A stretch of 63,224 bases of DNA, the filler included, from Craspedostauros australis (taxonomy: Eukaryota), in assembly GCA_030167865.1 (NCBI GenBank). It is 14 parts of 14 records of this genome, joined end to end, with 100 filler letters (N's around TTAATTAATTAA, not from the genome) between each part and the next. Parts side by side here need not be neighbours in the genome. Positions count along the whole stretch, not along the records: positions 35,379 to 51,763 come from JALAGF010001236.1; 13 more parts are not named here. One strand, given 5' to 3'. Below the pieces are notes generated by a model that saw only the letters and a list, made by a program, of their open reading frames with translations, had not been told where the DNA came from and ran no database searches. This document shows, piece after piece, positions 35,496 to 44,942 of this stretch (the first letter of the stretch is position 1; each line of letters starts with the position of its first letter). The position numbers and the translations under genes are program-made.

Positions 35496-38400
35496 TCACT
35501 TGGGTGCTTCTGTCGGACGTCGAATTTGGAAACCTGTGCGCGAGTGGACTTGCATCCACTTGGCTAGTGGTCCGGCGGCCATGCGGGTATGGAGTAGCCT
35601 TGCGGCCTGCTCCATCCACAGGGCTACGCTTGCTGCGTCGGCGTCCCTTCCTGGGTAAGACTTGCGGATGCGCTTGTGCGCAATATTGTTGTCTTGGAGC
35701 TTGCCGGCCAGATCTTCCGACCTGGCTCGCATGGCCTCCATCATATCTTGCTCAGCTGACTCGGCTTCGTGAAACATGTCATGATTTCGAAGCCGCCATT
35801 GCTCCCACGCTACTTTCCATACGCGTCGGGCCAGCTCTGCCCCCCACGTTAGGGGCGATCGTCGCGATCCCTGACTCACCAGGAAGTCTGTCTGTATGCT
35901 CACCCACTTGGACCCGATCATTCCTCGCGAGAGGGAGATTTGGCCTATCTGTCGTTGCTGCTCCACTGCTTCCGCCGTTGAGCCTCGCACGCTAGTCGAT
36001 TGCAGGTAGGCCGCTCCGGCGAACTGGCTTTTCAACATCGCTGTCATTGCCGCCGTGACTTGTGGACTCGTCGGGTACTTCGCCATCCACATCCGGATTC
36101 CGAGTAGGTGCTTCTTCGTCGCCTCCTTCCGGTGCTCCGCGGGGCATTCCCAGATGTGCTTCGAAGTCTCTTCCGCACCACAACTGGGGCATTGGCTGGA
36201 TTCTCGGAGCCCCCACTGCTTCATGCGTCGTCCCACGGCTGCTTCCCCTGCGACCAGCTTGAACGTCAGCGCCGCGCTGGCGTGATCCAGACCCTTGATT
36301 GCCCTGCTTACCACCGGCCAACTGACTTCCGCTGCCTGGTGTACCACTTTCCGTTTGCGTAGGATCTCGAAGGTTGATGCGGCCAGACCTTCCTCGGCTA
36401 TATGTGCGTAGCGCACCGAGGTTATCTTCATATGCCTGAAGAGGCATACTTCCTCCCCTTCGATGATCCCATCATAAGGCGTGGCTCCCTGGTTGGATCG
36501 TCGTTGCGCCCCGGCCAGTCTGTCAGCTTCCACGTTCATTCTCGCCCAGTCGTCCAGTTCGTGCCATGGCTTGCCGTCGTCTTGGTGTCCCTTCACGTGT
36601 CTTCCGACGATCTCTATCGGTAGTCGTCGCATTTTGTGCCTGGTGGCCCTCATGAGATCTGCGTCGGTCGCTTTGGCGGTCATGTACCACTCGGTGTCCA
36701 GAGCCTTGAGGGCTCCCACGTTGTCGCATCCTACGGTGGCTTTTCCGGCGAGGATTCGCTGGGAGGTGCATATGCTTTGTAGCATTACCATGAGACTGTA
36801 CAGCCCGGACAGCTCCGCCCGGTGCGACTGCATGGTGTCGCTGCTGCGAGGTGTCCCGCACGTCACCCAGATCTTGGTTGTCTGGCCTCGAGACTTCCCG
36901 GTGACGACCGCGCCTGCTGCGCCTTGCCCGTCGGCGACGGACCCGTCACTGCAAGCGGTGAGCGTGCCGTCGCGGATGGCTTCTCCCAATATTGCTTCCT
37001 CTCCTTCCATCTCCCATGCCGCTATCGCCCACGCCGAGGATTCTGGCAGTTGCCTGATGGTCTCTTGTAGGTTAAGCGCTGCCGGCTGGGGCATGCCTGG
37101 TATGCCTGGCGCCGATGCCGTGATCGTGATGTTGGGTCCGCTGTGGTATCCGTCCACCAGTCCCGTGCCGTGCGTCGTCCTGCCTCTGGTTTCGGTGTAT
37201 TCTTTCTTGCGTCCACGTCGAGGGATGCGCCTGTAATATATTGCGTCTTGGCCTGCCGCCGTCACTCTGTCTGCTCCGGGGTCATACCGGAATTGGGGCA
37301 CCTGGGAGCTGTAGCTGCGCCATTGACCCAGGGACTTCGCCAGCGTTCTTGTCTGCCCTCGTGTGGGCGGGTAACACCGGTCGATCGCCTTCTTCCATTC
37401 CTTCCACTGTGTGGGCGTGGGCTCTCCTACCGGGGGCCATTGCAGCCGGCTCCGGCGCAGTGGTATTGGCCCAGGAGAAGTAGACTCGGCTAGGACCTCG
37501 TCTCCGCGTACATTCGTTATATCGGAAACCCATAGCACTTTCTTCGCAATGCGGCATTGGTTGACTGCTTGGAGCGAAGCCTTGGGTAGGTCGAGCGCAA
37601 GCACCCGTTCCATGATGAACGAGTCGCCTTCTCTGGGCTTCGGTATTGACTCCGTCTCGAACTGGAGCTTGACGCTCACGTGATTTAGCTCTGTCCATAC
37701 TGATTGCATCCAGGATGGAGACAGTACCCCTTTCCATTGGCAATGCTTCCGTGTGAACACCTGGTCCACTCCCGCTTGCAACTCCAGAATGCTCAGCGCA
37801 TTGCGCATTAGCTTTCCGGTGATCGTAGGTTGTCCCCAGTGCTTGACGATTTCCTCGATATGGCGAGTGATCTGAGTGTAATACAGGTGCGGGATCCCGA
37901 GGCCGATGGTCTTCCGTGGCCCGAACACCAGGGCTCGCGACACGTTTCGTTGTATCCCCATTGCAGGCAACGCTGATTGAAGCATTGGCCTCATTACGCC
38001 TTCGGATTCCTCCTTGGAGAACGTGGCGCTTGCGAGCGGATATTCCAGAGTCTTCATAATGGTGGAGTGTAGGGCTACTTTCGCCTGTCCTCGGAGAAGA
38101 CCTCCCCGTCGAACTGCGTCCGCCCACTTGCGGGCTTTTTGGGTGTACATCCGCACGTTGTCTTGCTGATCTCCGTCGTGACGGACCATGACTCCAAGCG
38201 CTTTCCTTGACTGGCTGGCTGACAGGCGAAGTAAAGTCGACCTTTCGTTGCTGTCCGGCTGCCTGATGCTGATGCTCCCTGGGATTTCTTCCTCATCGCA
38301 GTACGCCCATTCCTTGCCGTCCCATTTGAATGCTAGCAGGTACCAGTAGCTCTTTTTTGGCTCGAGGGCACCGCCTGTGGCTCTGAGCATACCTTCCCAC

Positions 38401-41147
38401 GTGTCGACCACCCGTTGTATCTCCTTTATGCATTCCTCGTTGTTGGTCGGGTCCGTCTGTATGGTGTGGATAATGTCTGTGTCGTCGACGAAGGAGAAGC
38501 ACACTAGCTGGACCGTCTCGTTGGTCACGGGGTGTCGTGTGGTGAATCCGTAGCCTCTTTCGGCCATGGTCTTCATCAATGGTGAGCTCATGGCGACCCA
38601 TCCGGCTGGCGATATTCCCAGTCCTTGCAGTAGTCCTTGAAGTTTGGGCTCTCTTTTCGGATAGGTGGTTCGTGACAATCCGTAACCTGTTAGCACGTGA
38701 TGCTTCATCGCCTCCACTGCTGCTACCACGCTCGTGCTTACGACTGGTGGCACTCCGATGCTACGCATGCTGAGTTGCAATGGTACGTGTGCCATTCGGT
38801 CGTAGCAACTTTTCGCGTCATTCGAGCACACGAAGCTTGTGCACCCTGTGCTCCGGATTATGTCGCTTGTGAGCCGGTTGTTCAGGCTTACTTCCGCCGC
38901 GCTGCGCTGCTTCCGACTTCCGTATTGCTCTTCGGGTAGTAGGCCGTGGGCTTCTGCGTGGCTCATCATTTCCCGCCCTATCTTTTTGAGGTTGGCATTG
39001 AAGTCTCCTTCTACTAAGCTGATGGTACGGAACCTTTCAACTCTGTAGTTGCCTTCTTCTTTCAGCAGCGTGATGTCTGAGCAGCGGAGCCACCTTTGCA
39101 GGTTGTACCCTGACCTTAGCGAGACCTCGCGCATGGCTGCATCAGCCGTTGCGACCTCGGGGATTTTGGCGTTGGCCTTCCACATGCCGAAGTGCAGACC
39201 TGATGGCCCTGATGCCGTGCGCTCTCGAGCTTTCGCCCAAGCTTGCTGGTGCTCCTTGGTGGTAATCTCAAACCGGATATCGCTCCACAATGGTGACTGG
39301 CTGGTTGCGTGCAGCTGCTCCAGCAATGCCATGGAGTACTGGTCCATGGAGTTTCCGTGCCGACGTGCTGCGAATCTGATGCCTCCTTGCTCCAAGCTGC
39401 GCTTGAACCCGTCGGATTGCATCGGCGTGACATATGCTTGCCTATACTTCTGTTCGTTGGCTTTCATGCACTGGGCGATGACTTCCTGCTCTTTGCTGAA
39501 TGTGCGTTCTTCCCCATTTCCATCCTTGGCGATGACTGCCGTGACCTTGCTTCCGCTAGAGTCTCCTTGTATTGCGCGTTTGATGGACCTGAAGGTCTCC
39601 GCTGTCTCCTCTCTTGTGATGAGGATGGCGAGTGCGGTGCTGGCGGGTGTGTTGCCTGCCTCCGCCATTTCGTCCGCTCGTTGTTCGAGGAATGTCCGTC
39701 TGTGTGTGAGAGCTTCGCGTTTGATTCGTTTCCAGTGCTCATGGGCTTCTTTTCTTTTCCGTTGGATGTCGTCCAGAGTGAGGTGTGCCGTTGGTTGGCG
39801 TACGCCTGCTGCTTTTTTGGCACGGTCATACCATCTGGCACTGACCCTTGATCCCTGCCGTCGCTTCCACGCTATCTCCCAGAACTTTTTCTCCATCGCC
39901 GCCTTTTTCGCTTTCGGGGAGTATGGCACTCTGCCCGCGAACACTCGTCTGGATCCCCGTTCGGCCTGCGTCACGATTCTCGAGCGCTCCGTGTCGATGT
40001 CCTCGATCTCCGCGATAATAGCGTCCGTCATTGCTTCACTCCTTCGCACTGCTGCCAACACTGCCGCCGACCGCTGTGTGAGCTTGGCGTCTTCATAGCC
40101 GGCTGTCACTGCTTTCTGATATCTTTTCAGCGTGGCTGGCTTGTTGGTCTGCAATCGTCTGCCTTCGAACTTCTGTGTCGGTCGGCTGCGTGTGCCGAAG
40201 ATGGATTCACTGGATATTTCTATCCAGGCTGTGCGGTGGTCCCAGCTTCCGAATTGACTGTAACCCGCTCGTTGTACCATCACTGATTCGGACACCCAGA
40301 TGCTGTCTATCACTCTTTCCGATTCCGATCGTATTTGGGTGGACACCGGTGCTTGGCTCGGATGTTTGCTGAGTATTGTTTCCTTCAGCCCTTGTCGTTG
40401 TAGCATCGTTGCCATCTGCGAGTTTGTGACTTGCATGTTGATGTCGCCACCAATGATGATTGTTTCTCCCGCTTCGTGCCATTTGTGTATCTCCTCTTCT
40501 AGGTCTTGTATGAGCATTGCAATGGGCGCCGTTGTGATCCCTTCAGACTCCAACCAGGTTGCGTGCTGATTTGCTACCGTGCGCGGCCCTTTTCCGGATG
40601 ACGTTGGGATGTAGACGCTGACCACTCTCACGGCTTTGTCGTCTTTTCCTCGAAGTGTCATGCTGGCCCATCTGCCTAATTTCCTTGGGTCCTCGTGGGA
40701 GAGTATGTGCCTTCCCGCTATGTTGTTGATGAGCAAGCATCCTGTCCCTCCCCATTGCCTTACCGGGCCCATTTTTTCCTGTTGGTTGTGTGCCATGTTT
40801 TGGCGCCACGAGCTGAACTGGCCTTTGATGCGCGAGTGCCACGAGTGGCGTTTCGCGACCTTGGACCAGTTCAAGCCAATCTCGGAGAGCAGAACCACGT
40901 CGAGCTTCAGTTGTTTAGTCCACTCCCATGCGTCTCTGTTCTTCCAATGGCCGGTCTCTTCGGGTAGACAGCCCACGTTGAGAGCACCTATGCGTAATGT
41001 GTGGTGCCCTTTGTCGCGAGGGTTGTCTCCCCAGTAGGAGACCTGGGGGTCGCGCTCATTCCGACGCGCGTCCTCCCCTGATGCATCCGTTAGGCTTGCG
41101 GAGGTGGGTGTTGATGCTTCCCGTTCCTCCAGCCCAACGTTAATCAG
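35496..41147 (-). CDS. ORF2: APE endonuclease + reverse transcriptase + RNase H + C-terminal CCHC; proposed CUG start
   Basis: APE: RIGALNV, LLSEIGLNW, IIIGGDIN, IDSIW, WDHR. RT: GPSG, FRTISL, QYGSR, SNDAKSCYDR, QGLLQG, FVDD. RNase H: SDGS, RAELSG, CDN, HVKGHQD, NVEADRLA. CCHC: CPSCGAEETSKHIWEC. The frame is open to 41180. Confidence 0.93.
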   Translation of the reverse strand: MINVGLEEREASTPTSASLTDASGEDARRNERDPQVSYWGDNPRDKGHHTLRIGALNVGCLPEETGHWKNRDAWEWTKQLKLDVVLLSEIGLNWSKVAKRHSWHSRIKGQFSSWRQNMAHNQQEKMGPVRQWGGTGCLLINNIAGRHILSHEDPRKLGRWASMTLRGKDDKAVRVVSVYIPTSSGKGPRTVANQHATWLESEGITTAPIAMLIQDLEEEIHKWHEAGETIIIGGDINMQVTNSQMATMLQRQGLKETILSKHPSQAPVSTQIRSESERVIDSIWVSESVMVQRAGYSQFGSWDHRTAWIEISSESIFGTRSRPTQKFEGRRLQTNKPATLKRYQKAVTAGYEDAKLTQRSAAVLAAVRRSEAMTDAIIAEIEDIDTERSRIVTQAERGSRRVFAGRVPYSPKAKKAAMEKKFWEIAWKRRQGSRVSARWYDRAKKAAGVRQPTAHLTLDDIQRKRKEAHEHWKRIKREALTHRRTFLEQRADEMAEAGNTPASTALAILITREETAETFRSIKRAIQGDSSGSKVTAVIAKDGNGEERTFSKEQEVIAQCMKANEQKYRQAYVTPMQSDGFKRSLEQGGIRFAARRHGNSMDQYSMALLEQLHATSQSPLWSDIRFEITTKEHQQAWAKARERTASGPSGLHFGMWKANAKIPEVATADAAMREVSLRSGYNLQRWLRCSDITLLKEEGNYRVERFRTISLVEGDFNANLKKIGREMMSHAEAHGLLPEEQYGSRKQRSAAEVSLNNRLTSDIIRSTGCTSFVCSNDAKSCYDRMAHVPLQLSMRSIGVPPVVSTSVVAAVEAMKHHVLTGYGLSRTTYPKREPKLQGLLQGLGISPAGWVAMSSPLMKTMAERGYGFTTRHPVTNETVQLVCFSFVDDTDIIHTIQTDPTNNEECIKEIQRVVDTWEGMLRATGGALEPKKSYWYLLAFKWDGKEWAYCDEEEIPGSISIRQPDSNERSTLLRLSASQSRKALGVMVRHDGDQQDNVRMYTQKARKWADAVRRGGLLRGQAKVALHSTIMKTLEYPLASATFSKEESEGVMRPMLQSALPAMGIQRNVSRALVFGPRKTIGLGIPHLYYTQITRHIEEIVKHWGQPTITGKLMRNALSILELQAGVDQVFTRKHCQWKGVLSPSWMQSVWTELNHVSVKLQFETESIPKPREGDSFIMERVLALDLPKASLQAVNQCRIAKKVLWVSDITNVRGDEVLAESTSPGPIPLRRSRLQWPPVGEPTPTQWKEWKKAIDRCYPPTRGQTRTLAKSLGQWRSYSSQVPQFRYDPGADRVTAAGQDAIYYRRIPRRGRKKEYTETRGRTTHGTGLVDGYHSGPNITITASAPGIPGMPQPAALNLQETIRQLPESSAWAIAAWEMEGEEAILGEAIRDGTLTACSDGSVADGQGAAGAVVTGKSRGQTTKIWVTCGTPRSSDTMQSHRAELSGLYSLMVMLQSICTSQRILAGKATVGCDNVGALKALDTEWYMTAKATDADLMRATRHKMRRLPIEIVGRHVKGHQDDGKPWHELDDWARMNVEADRLAGAQRRSNQGATPYDGIIEGEEVCLFRHMKITSVRYAHIAEEGLAASTFEILRKRKVVHQAAEVSWPVVSRAIKGLDHASAALTFKLVAGEAAVGRRMKQWGLRESSQCPSCGAEETSKHIWECPAEHRKEATKKHLLGIRMWMAKYPTSPQVTAAMTAMLKSQFAGAAYLQSTSVRGSTAEAVEQQRQIGQISLSRGMIGSKWVSIQTDFLVSQGSRRSPLTWGAELARRVWKVAWEQWRLRNHDMFHEAESAEQDMMEAMRARSEDLAGKLQDNNIAHKRIRKSYPGRDADAASVALWMEQAARLLHTRMAAGPLAKWMQVHSRTGFQIRRPTEAPK

Positions 41148-43560
41148 TGGATTGGCCCCCTGCCGTGCTTGAGCCGGGGGTCAAGGAGTGGTTGGGCTCT
41201 ACCTCTGCATGTTTGGCCCGTAACTCCTCGATGATGCGGTTTTTCTCGATGAGTTCTTGTCGTTGTTCCTCCAGTTTTTGTCTGTTGGTCTCCGCTTGCT
41301 GCGCTTCTCGTGCTTGTCTCATGACTGTTGCTAGCTCGTCCTTCCTCATTTCCTCACTTTCATCGGTGGACTCTGGTATGCTGTAGATGGTGGACGCGCG
41401 GGATTTTCCGCATTCGGATCTGAACGTTTGGAATGACTCGTCTTCCAGTCTTGGTTTTTTCGCCACGGGGGATCCTGGGAGGGAATCGTCTTCTATTTCT
41501 TCCATCCCTTCGATCTCCACTGGTCCCATCTCCTCATCCATTATGAAGTCCAGCTCTCCTTCGAACTCCACGTCCTCGTACCCTTTGCCCGTTGCGTCTC
41601 TGGCGTATCCAGCACTCATCTCCAGAATGTTGTCGTCGAACCAATCGTCGGTGGATGAATTGATTTCCGTTCTGCACCGGATGGCGATGGAATTGAGGAT
41701 GTTCTTTGCCTGGTCGTAGCGGTCGTCGAACGCTACTATGCTGAGCGCGTCTTCGTCTCCGTCCACCATATGGGTGGTGCTGACGTCGTGGATGAATGGA
41801 TTCCCTTCCGGTGTGCGCTGATTGCTCAGGAATTCGCGAAGGGTGGTGGTTTTCGTGTCCCCGTCGGGGGTGTCGAGAGCGACGTCACCGTCGAGCCGAA
41901 AGCGCTTGAGCTGCCGAACGTAGCGTTGGTGCTTGCGAGTCATCTTTCTGAGCTTTGCGGCTGTGTCGGCGCCGATGGTGGCAGTGCCCGGATTTGGGAC
42001 AAACCTATAGTTCAGCCCTCCTCGGTCCGCGCCCTTCATGTTGAACACTTTGCCCAGCGCCTTTGCCACTTTCCGTGCATGAGTGGTGTTTGCGTGAAGG
42101 TGTAGGGCGACCCACGGCGTGTTGATCCACGTGCCTCCTTTCTTTTTGTGCTCATCTCTTGTTTCGTCCGACACCTGCCCCAGGAATTTGGTCCTGCCTC
42201 CTACTTTCAGTTTGGGCTGAATCTTTTCCAGCAGGCCGTTGATAACTCCGATTGTCTGTTTTGCGTTGGTGAAGTTTCCTGAGTAGGCTAGGAATCCGAC
42301 ATCCGTGATGTTCTCCGCGTCCTTTAGGTCTCTGATGTACGCGTACTCTCCCGTGGCATATCCTCCTTCCATTTCTGCTCGGCGACTTGTCAGTGCGTTG
42401 AGGTTCTGGCTACCACCCAGCTTTAGCTGCATGTATACGTCCGTCTCCTTGGCTGTAGGTTTGGCCCTGCACACGAACTTCTTGAGCTCGTCCCAGTTCG
42501 TTGGGATTGGCTCGCTCTCGGAAATGGTGCCTGCCGACTTGTGCCGCTTGTACCAGGGGTATATGACGAGCTTGGGCTCTATCGTTAGCGCGTGGTCAAA
42601 CCACAATTCGAATCTGGATTGGAAGTCTCGGATTGGCGTCGATGAATTTTTTGGGATGGCCAGTCGGAGGTCGAAGCGTTCGTTGAATTTTCGTTTGGGG
42701 GTTGCCATCATTTGGGTTGAGGATGCCTGTACTCTGATCCATGGTGCGTCGTCGCCTGGTTTCTGGGCTTCCGGAGTTTCCTCAACGGATCCATCTGGTG
42801 CCACTACTCTGACTTTGGTTTTTGGAGGCTTTTTGACCACGTGTTGTGTTAACGATGTCTGTCGGGTGCGTTTGACGAGGATTGATTCCAACTGGATTCC
42901 ATCCATGTCATCGTCGCTGTCAGAGGATGCGTCTGCTGCCATGATTACATCGGAGTATTGGCATCCCATGTACCGTACGGCTGCTGCCCATGCCAACGTC
43001 ATTTGGTTCCTTGCCATGGATTTGTTGTCCACGTGCATTTCCATCTTAAAGCACTCAGCTGGGTCCGTCTTGGATAGGTCTGCCACCAGTTGCTTGATTT
43101 TCACACGTTGGGGAGCATCTTGTGCCACTCGGTGGGTTCCGAATTTGTTGGTTCGCCCGTCCATCACCTTCTGGAAAAACTCCGAGAGCTCCTGTGTGCT
43201 GGGCATGTGGGACGATGCTGTAGATGTGTCCTTGCCTTCCCACTCCGCTTTCTGGATGTACATTCGTTTGGCTCTGTCATGGAGTGAGGATGGTCCTTCG
43301 TCATAGACGTCTGTAGCCCTGATGGCTTTGGCGTTTTCCGCCACCTGCTTTGGAAGTTTTTTCCATCGTGTTGTTTCCGGTTCGTACCACTGGATGGCGA
43401 TTCTGTTCTGTTTCTCCATCATTTCGGCTGCCACAACCTTCGGATCTGGCTCCGGAGGTGGCTTGGGTCCTCCTGTTTCTCCTGATGGTGTGCCTTGGTT
43501 CATTGGGCGCTCCGTATCGTTGGAAGTTTGCTTCAAACTTGTGCCGTTTGTTGACGTCAT
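41140..43560 (-). CDS. ORF1 protein of the non-LTR element (806 aa), probable nucleic-acid chaperone with a C-terminal coiled coil
   Basis: ATG-initiated, directly upstream of and overlapping ORF2, ending AGGQSTD*. Function is inferred from position only. Confidence 0.85.
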   Translation of the reverse strand: MTSTNGTSLKQTSNDTERPMNQGTPSGETGGPKPPPEPDPKVVAAEMMEKQNRIAIQWYEPETTRWKKLPKQVAENAKAIRATDVYDEGPSSLHDRAKRMYIQKAEWEGKDTSTASSHMPSTQELSEFFQKVMDGRTNKFGTHRVAQDAPQRVKIKQLVADLSKTDPAECFKMEMHVDNKSMARNQMTLAWAAAVRYMGCQYSDVIMAADASSDSDDDMDGIQLESILVKRTRQTSLTQHVVKKPPKTKVRVVAPDGSVEETPEAQKPGDDAPWIRVQASSTQMMATPKRKFNERFDLRLAIPKNSSTPIRDFQSRFELWFDHALTIEPKLVIYPWYKRHKSAGTISESEPIPTNWDELKKFVCRAKPTAKETDVYMQLKLGGSQNLNALTSRRAEMEGGYATGEYAYIRDLKDAENITDVGFLAYSGNFTNAKQTIGVINGLLEKIQPKLKVGGRTKFLGQVSDETRDEHKKKGGTWINTPWVALHLHANTTHARKVAKALGKVFNMKGADRGGLNYRFVPNPGTATIGADTAAKLRKMTRKHQRYVRQLKRFRLDGDVALDTPDGDTKTTTLREFLSNQRTPEGNPFIHDVSTTHMVDGDEDALSIVAFDDRYDQAKNILNSIAIRCRTEINSSTDDWFDDNILEMSAGYARDATGKGYEDVEFEGELDFIMDEEMGPVEIEGMEEIEDDSLPGSPVAKKPRLEDESFQTFRSECGKSRASTIYSIPESTDESEEMRKDELATVMRQAREAQQAETNRQKLEEQRQELIEKNRIIEELRAKHAEVEPNHSLTPGSSTAGGQSTD

Positions 43561-43689
43561 GGTCGATCTTTCGCGGCTGTTGCCTACTTGCGGATTCCGT
43601 AGAAGTTGTACTGGTGTCAGAATTTTTGTTTGGATTTTTTGCTTTACTAGTGTTATCGTTTGTTTGTGTTTTGGGTGTTCTCGTCATTA

Positions 43690-43746
43690 TGAACGATGCA
43701 CATATACACGTACATCTCGACATATACTCACATGTACATCTCGACA
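43690..43746. mobile_element. Terminal 57 bp of a family 'C' LTR abutting the 5' end of the non-LTR element
   Basis: 56/57 identical to both 17453..17509 and 23156..23212. Confidence 0.85.
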
Positions 43747-44942
43747 CAAGGTCGTCTTGTAATTCTCCGATAGCGGCAGCGGCAAGAACGTTGAGCTCGC
43801 AGCGAGCGGACACAGTCGACATACTCTCTTCACTATCATCCCATCAATCGCATAAGGGAGATGGAGAGAAGTATCTTCAACATGCTTATCATCAGCATCG
43901 ATCATGGTTACAGCAATCTCGCTGACAGCTTCGTCACCTTCCTTGGAACAACAGGCACGGAAGATCGAGGGAACCCGAGCACTCAGCTGTGCACGATCTG
44001 CATTCAAGCCAAGGATTTGGTCGAGAGGGGTGTCGCTTGTGATGAGATTGCGGAGAATGAAGAGAATGCGAAGATGGCGAGACATGAGCTGCTCTGCCAC
44101 AACTCCAGGAACAGGCACCTTTACTGTGTTGCAGGCAGAGCAGGAAGCCTTGCACAAGACAGCAGCGGACCTCTTTCCTGTTTTGTCATCCCAAGTGAAC
44201 AAGGGACCATGTTGAAGATTGAAATGAGCCACGCTCGGCGCTGCTCATGCAAGCGAGGAAGCGAGGAAGCGAGGACGCGAAGATTTGTTGAGTACAGTGC
44301 ACGTCATGATCAGTGGAGCACCAGGGTGGTTTGAGACGAGATGCGGATAGATTGACGAAGCATACCAGTATGTATAGGACTAAAAGTAGTGCGGACCGGA
44401 AGGGGTCCAGTGCTTCCAATGGGATGCATCCGCCAAACCCAAAACGCGCTGGACAAACAGATCTACACCAGACAACACATCAATACAGCACATCAATACA
44501 GCACGTGTACGATCTTGAGTTGAGTTAAAACAGAACAAGAAAACGGCCGCGAGGGAGGCTGCTTCTCTACCATCGCTCGTCCTTTACTCTACTGTTGCAT
44601 TAGTACGCATGGACAGTGCCAAACGAATCAAGGCACATTGCAAACAGCCACACCAACAAACGTCTCGGGTCCAAGATGCGGTCGGCTTGCAAAAGTTCCC
44701 TCCACATCCATCAAGTCGAAGAACACAAAGGAACAGGGGAGGTGTCCACGATTGGGTGTCACAACAACACAAACAGCATCAACAACAACCATTTCCCCCA
44801 TCGCGGTTGCGCACAAGTCCACAGAACACCAACCTGGGCGACTTGCTCTACATGTGTTCCACTTCCGCCTCCACACAACGTCAGCTCGAAACGAGGGAGT
44901 GCGCAGAACAAACAAAAGCATAGTCGTACTCCACCCCCTCGC

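Larger units (their letters stand above)
35379..43689 (-). mobile_element. Near-full-length Ambal-type non-LTR retrotransposon (5'UTR, ORF1, ORF2, partial 3'UTR)
   Basis: Two uninterrupted tandem ORFs with APE-RT-RNase H-CCHC order. The 5' boundary is set by the junction with the LTR piece at 43690; the 3' end is cut by the contig end. Confidence 0.9.

Noticed and set aside
43561..43689. HDV-like ribozyme at the non-LTR 5' end
   Set aside because: The 5'UTR is A/C-rich on the sense strand, and I could not find the nested pairing required.
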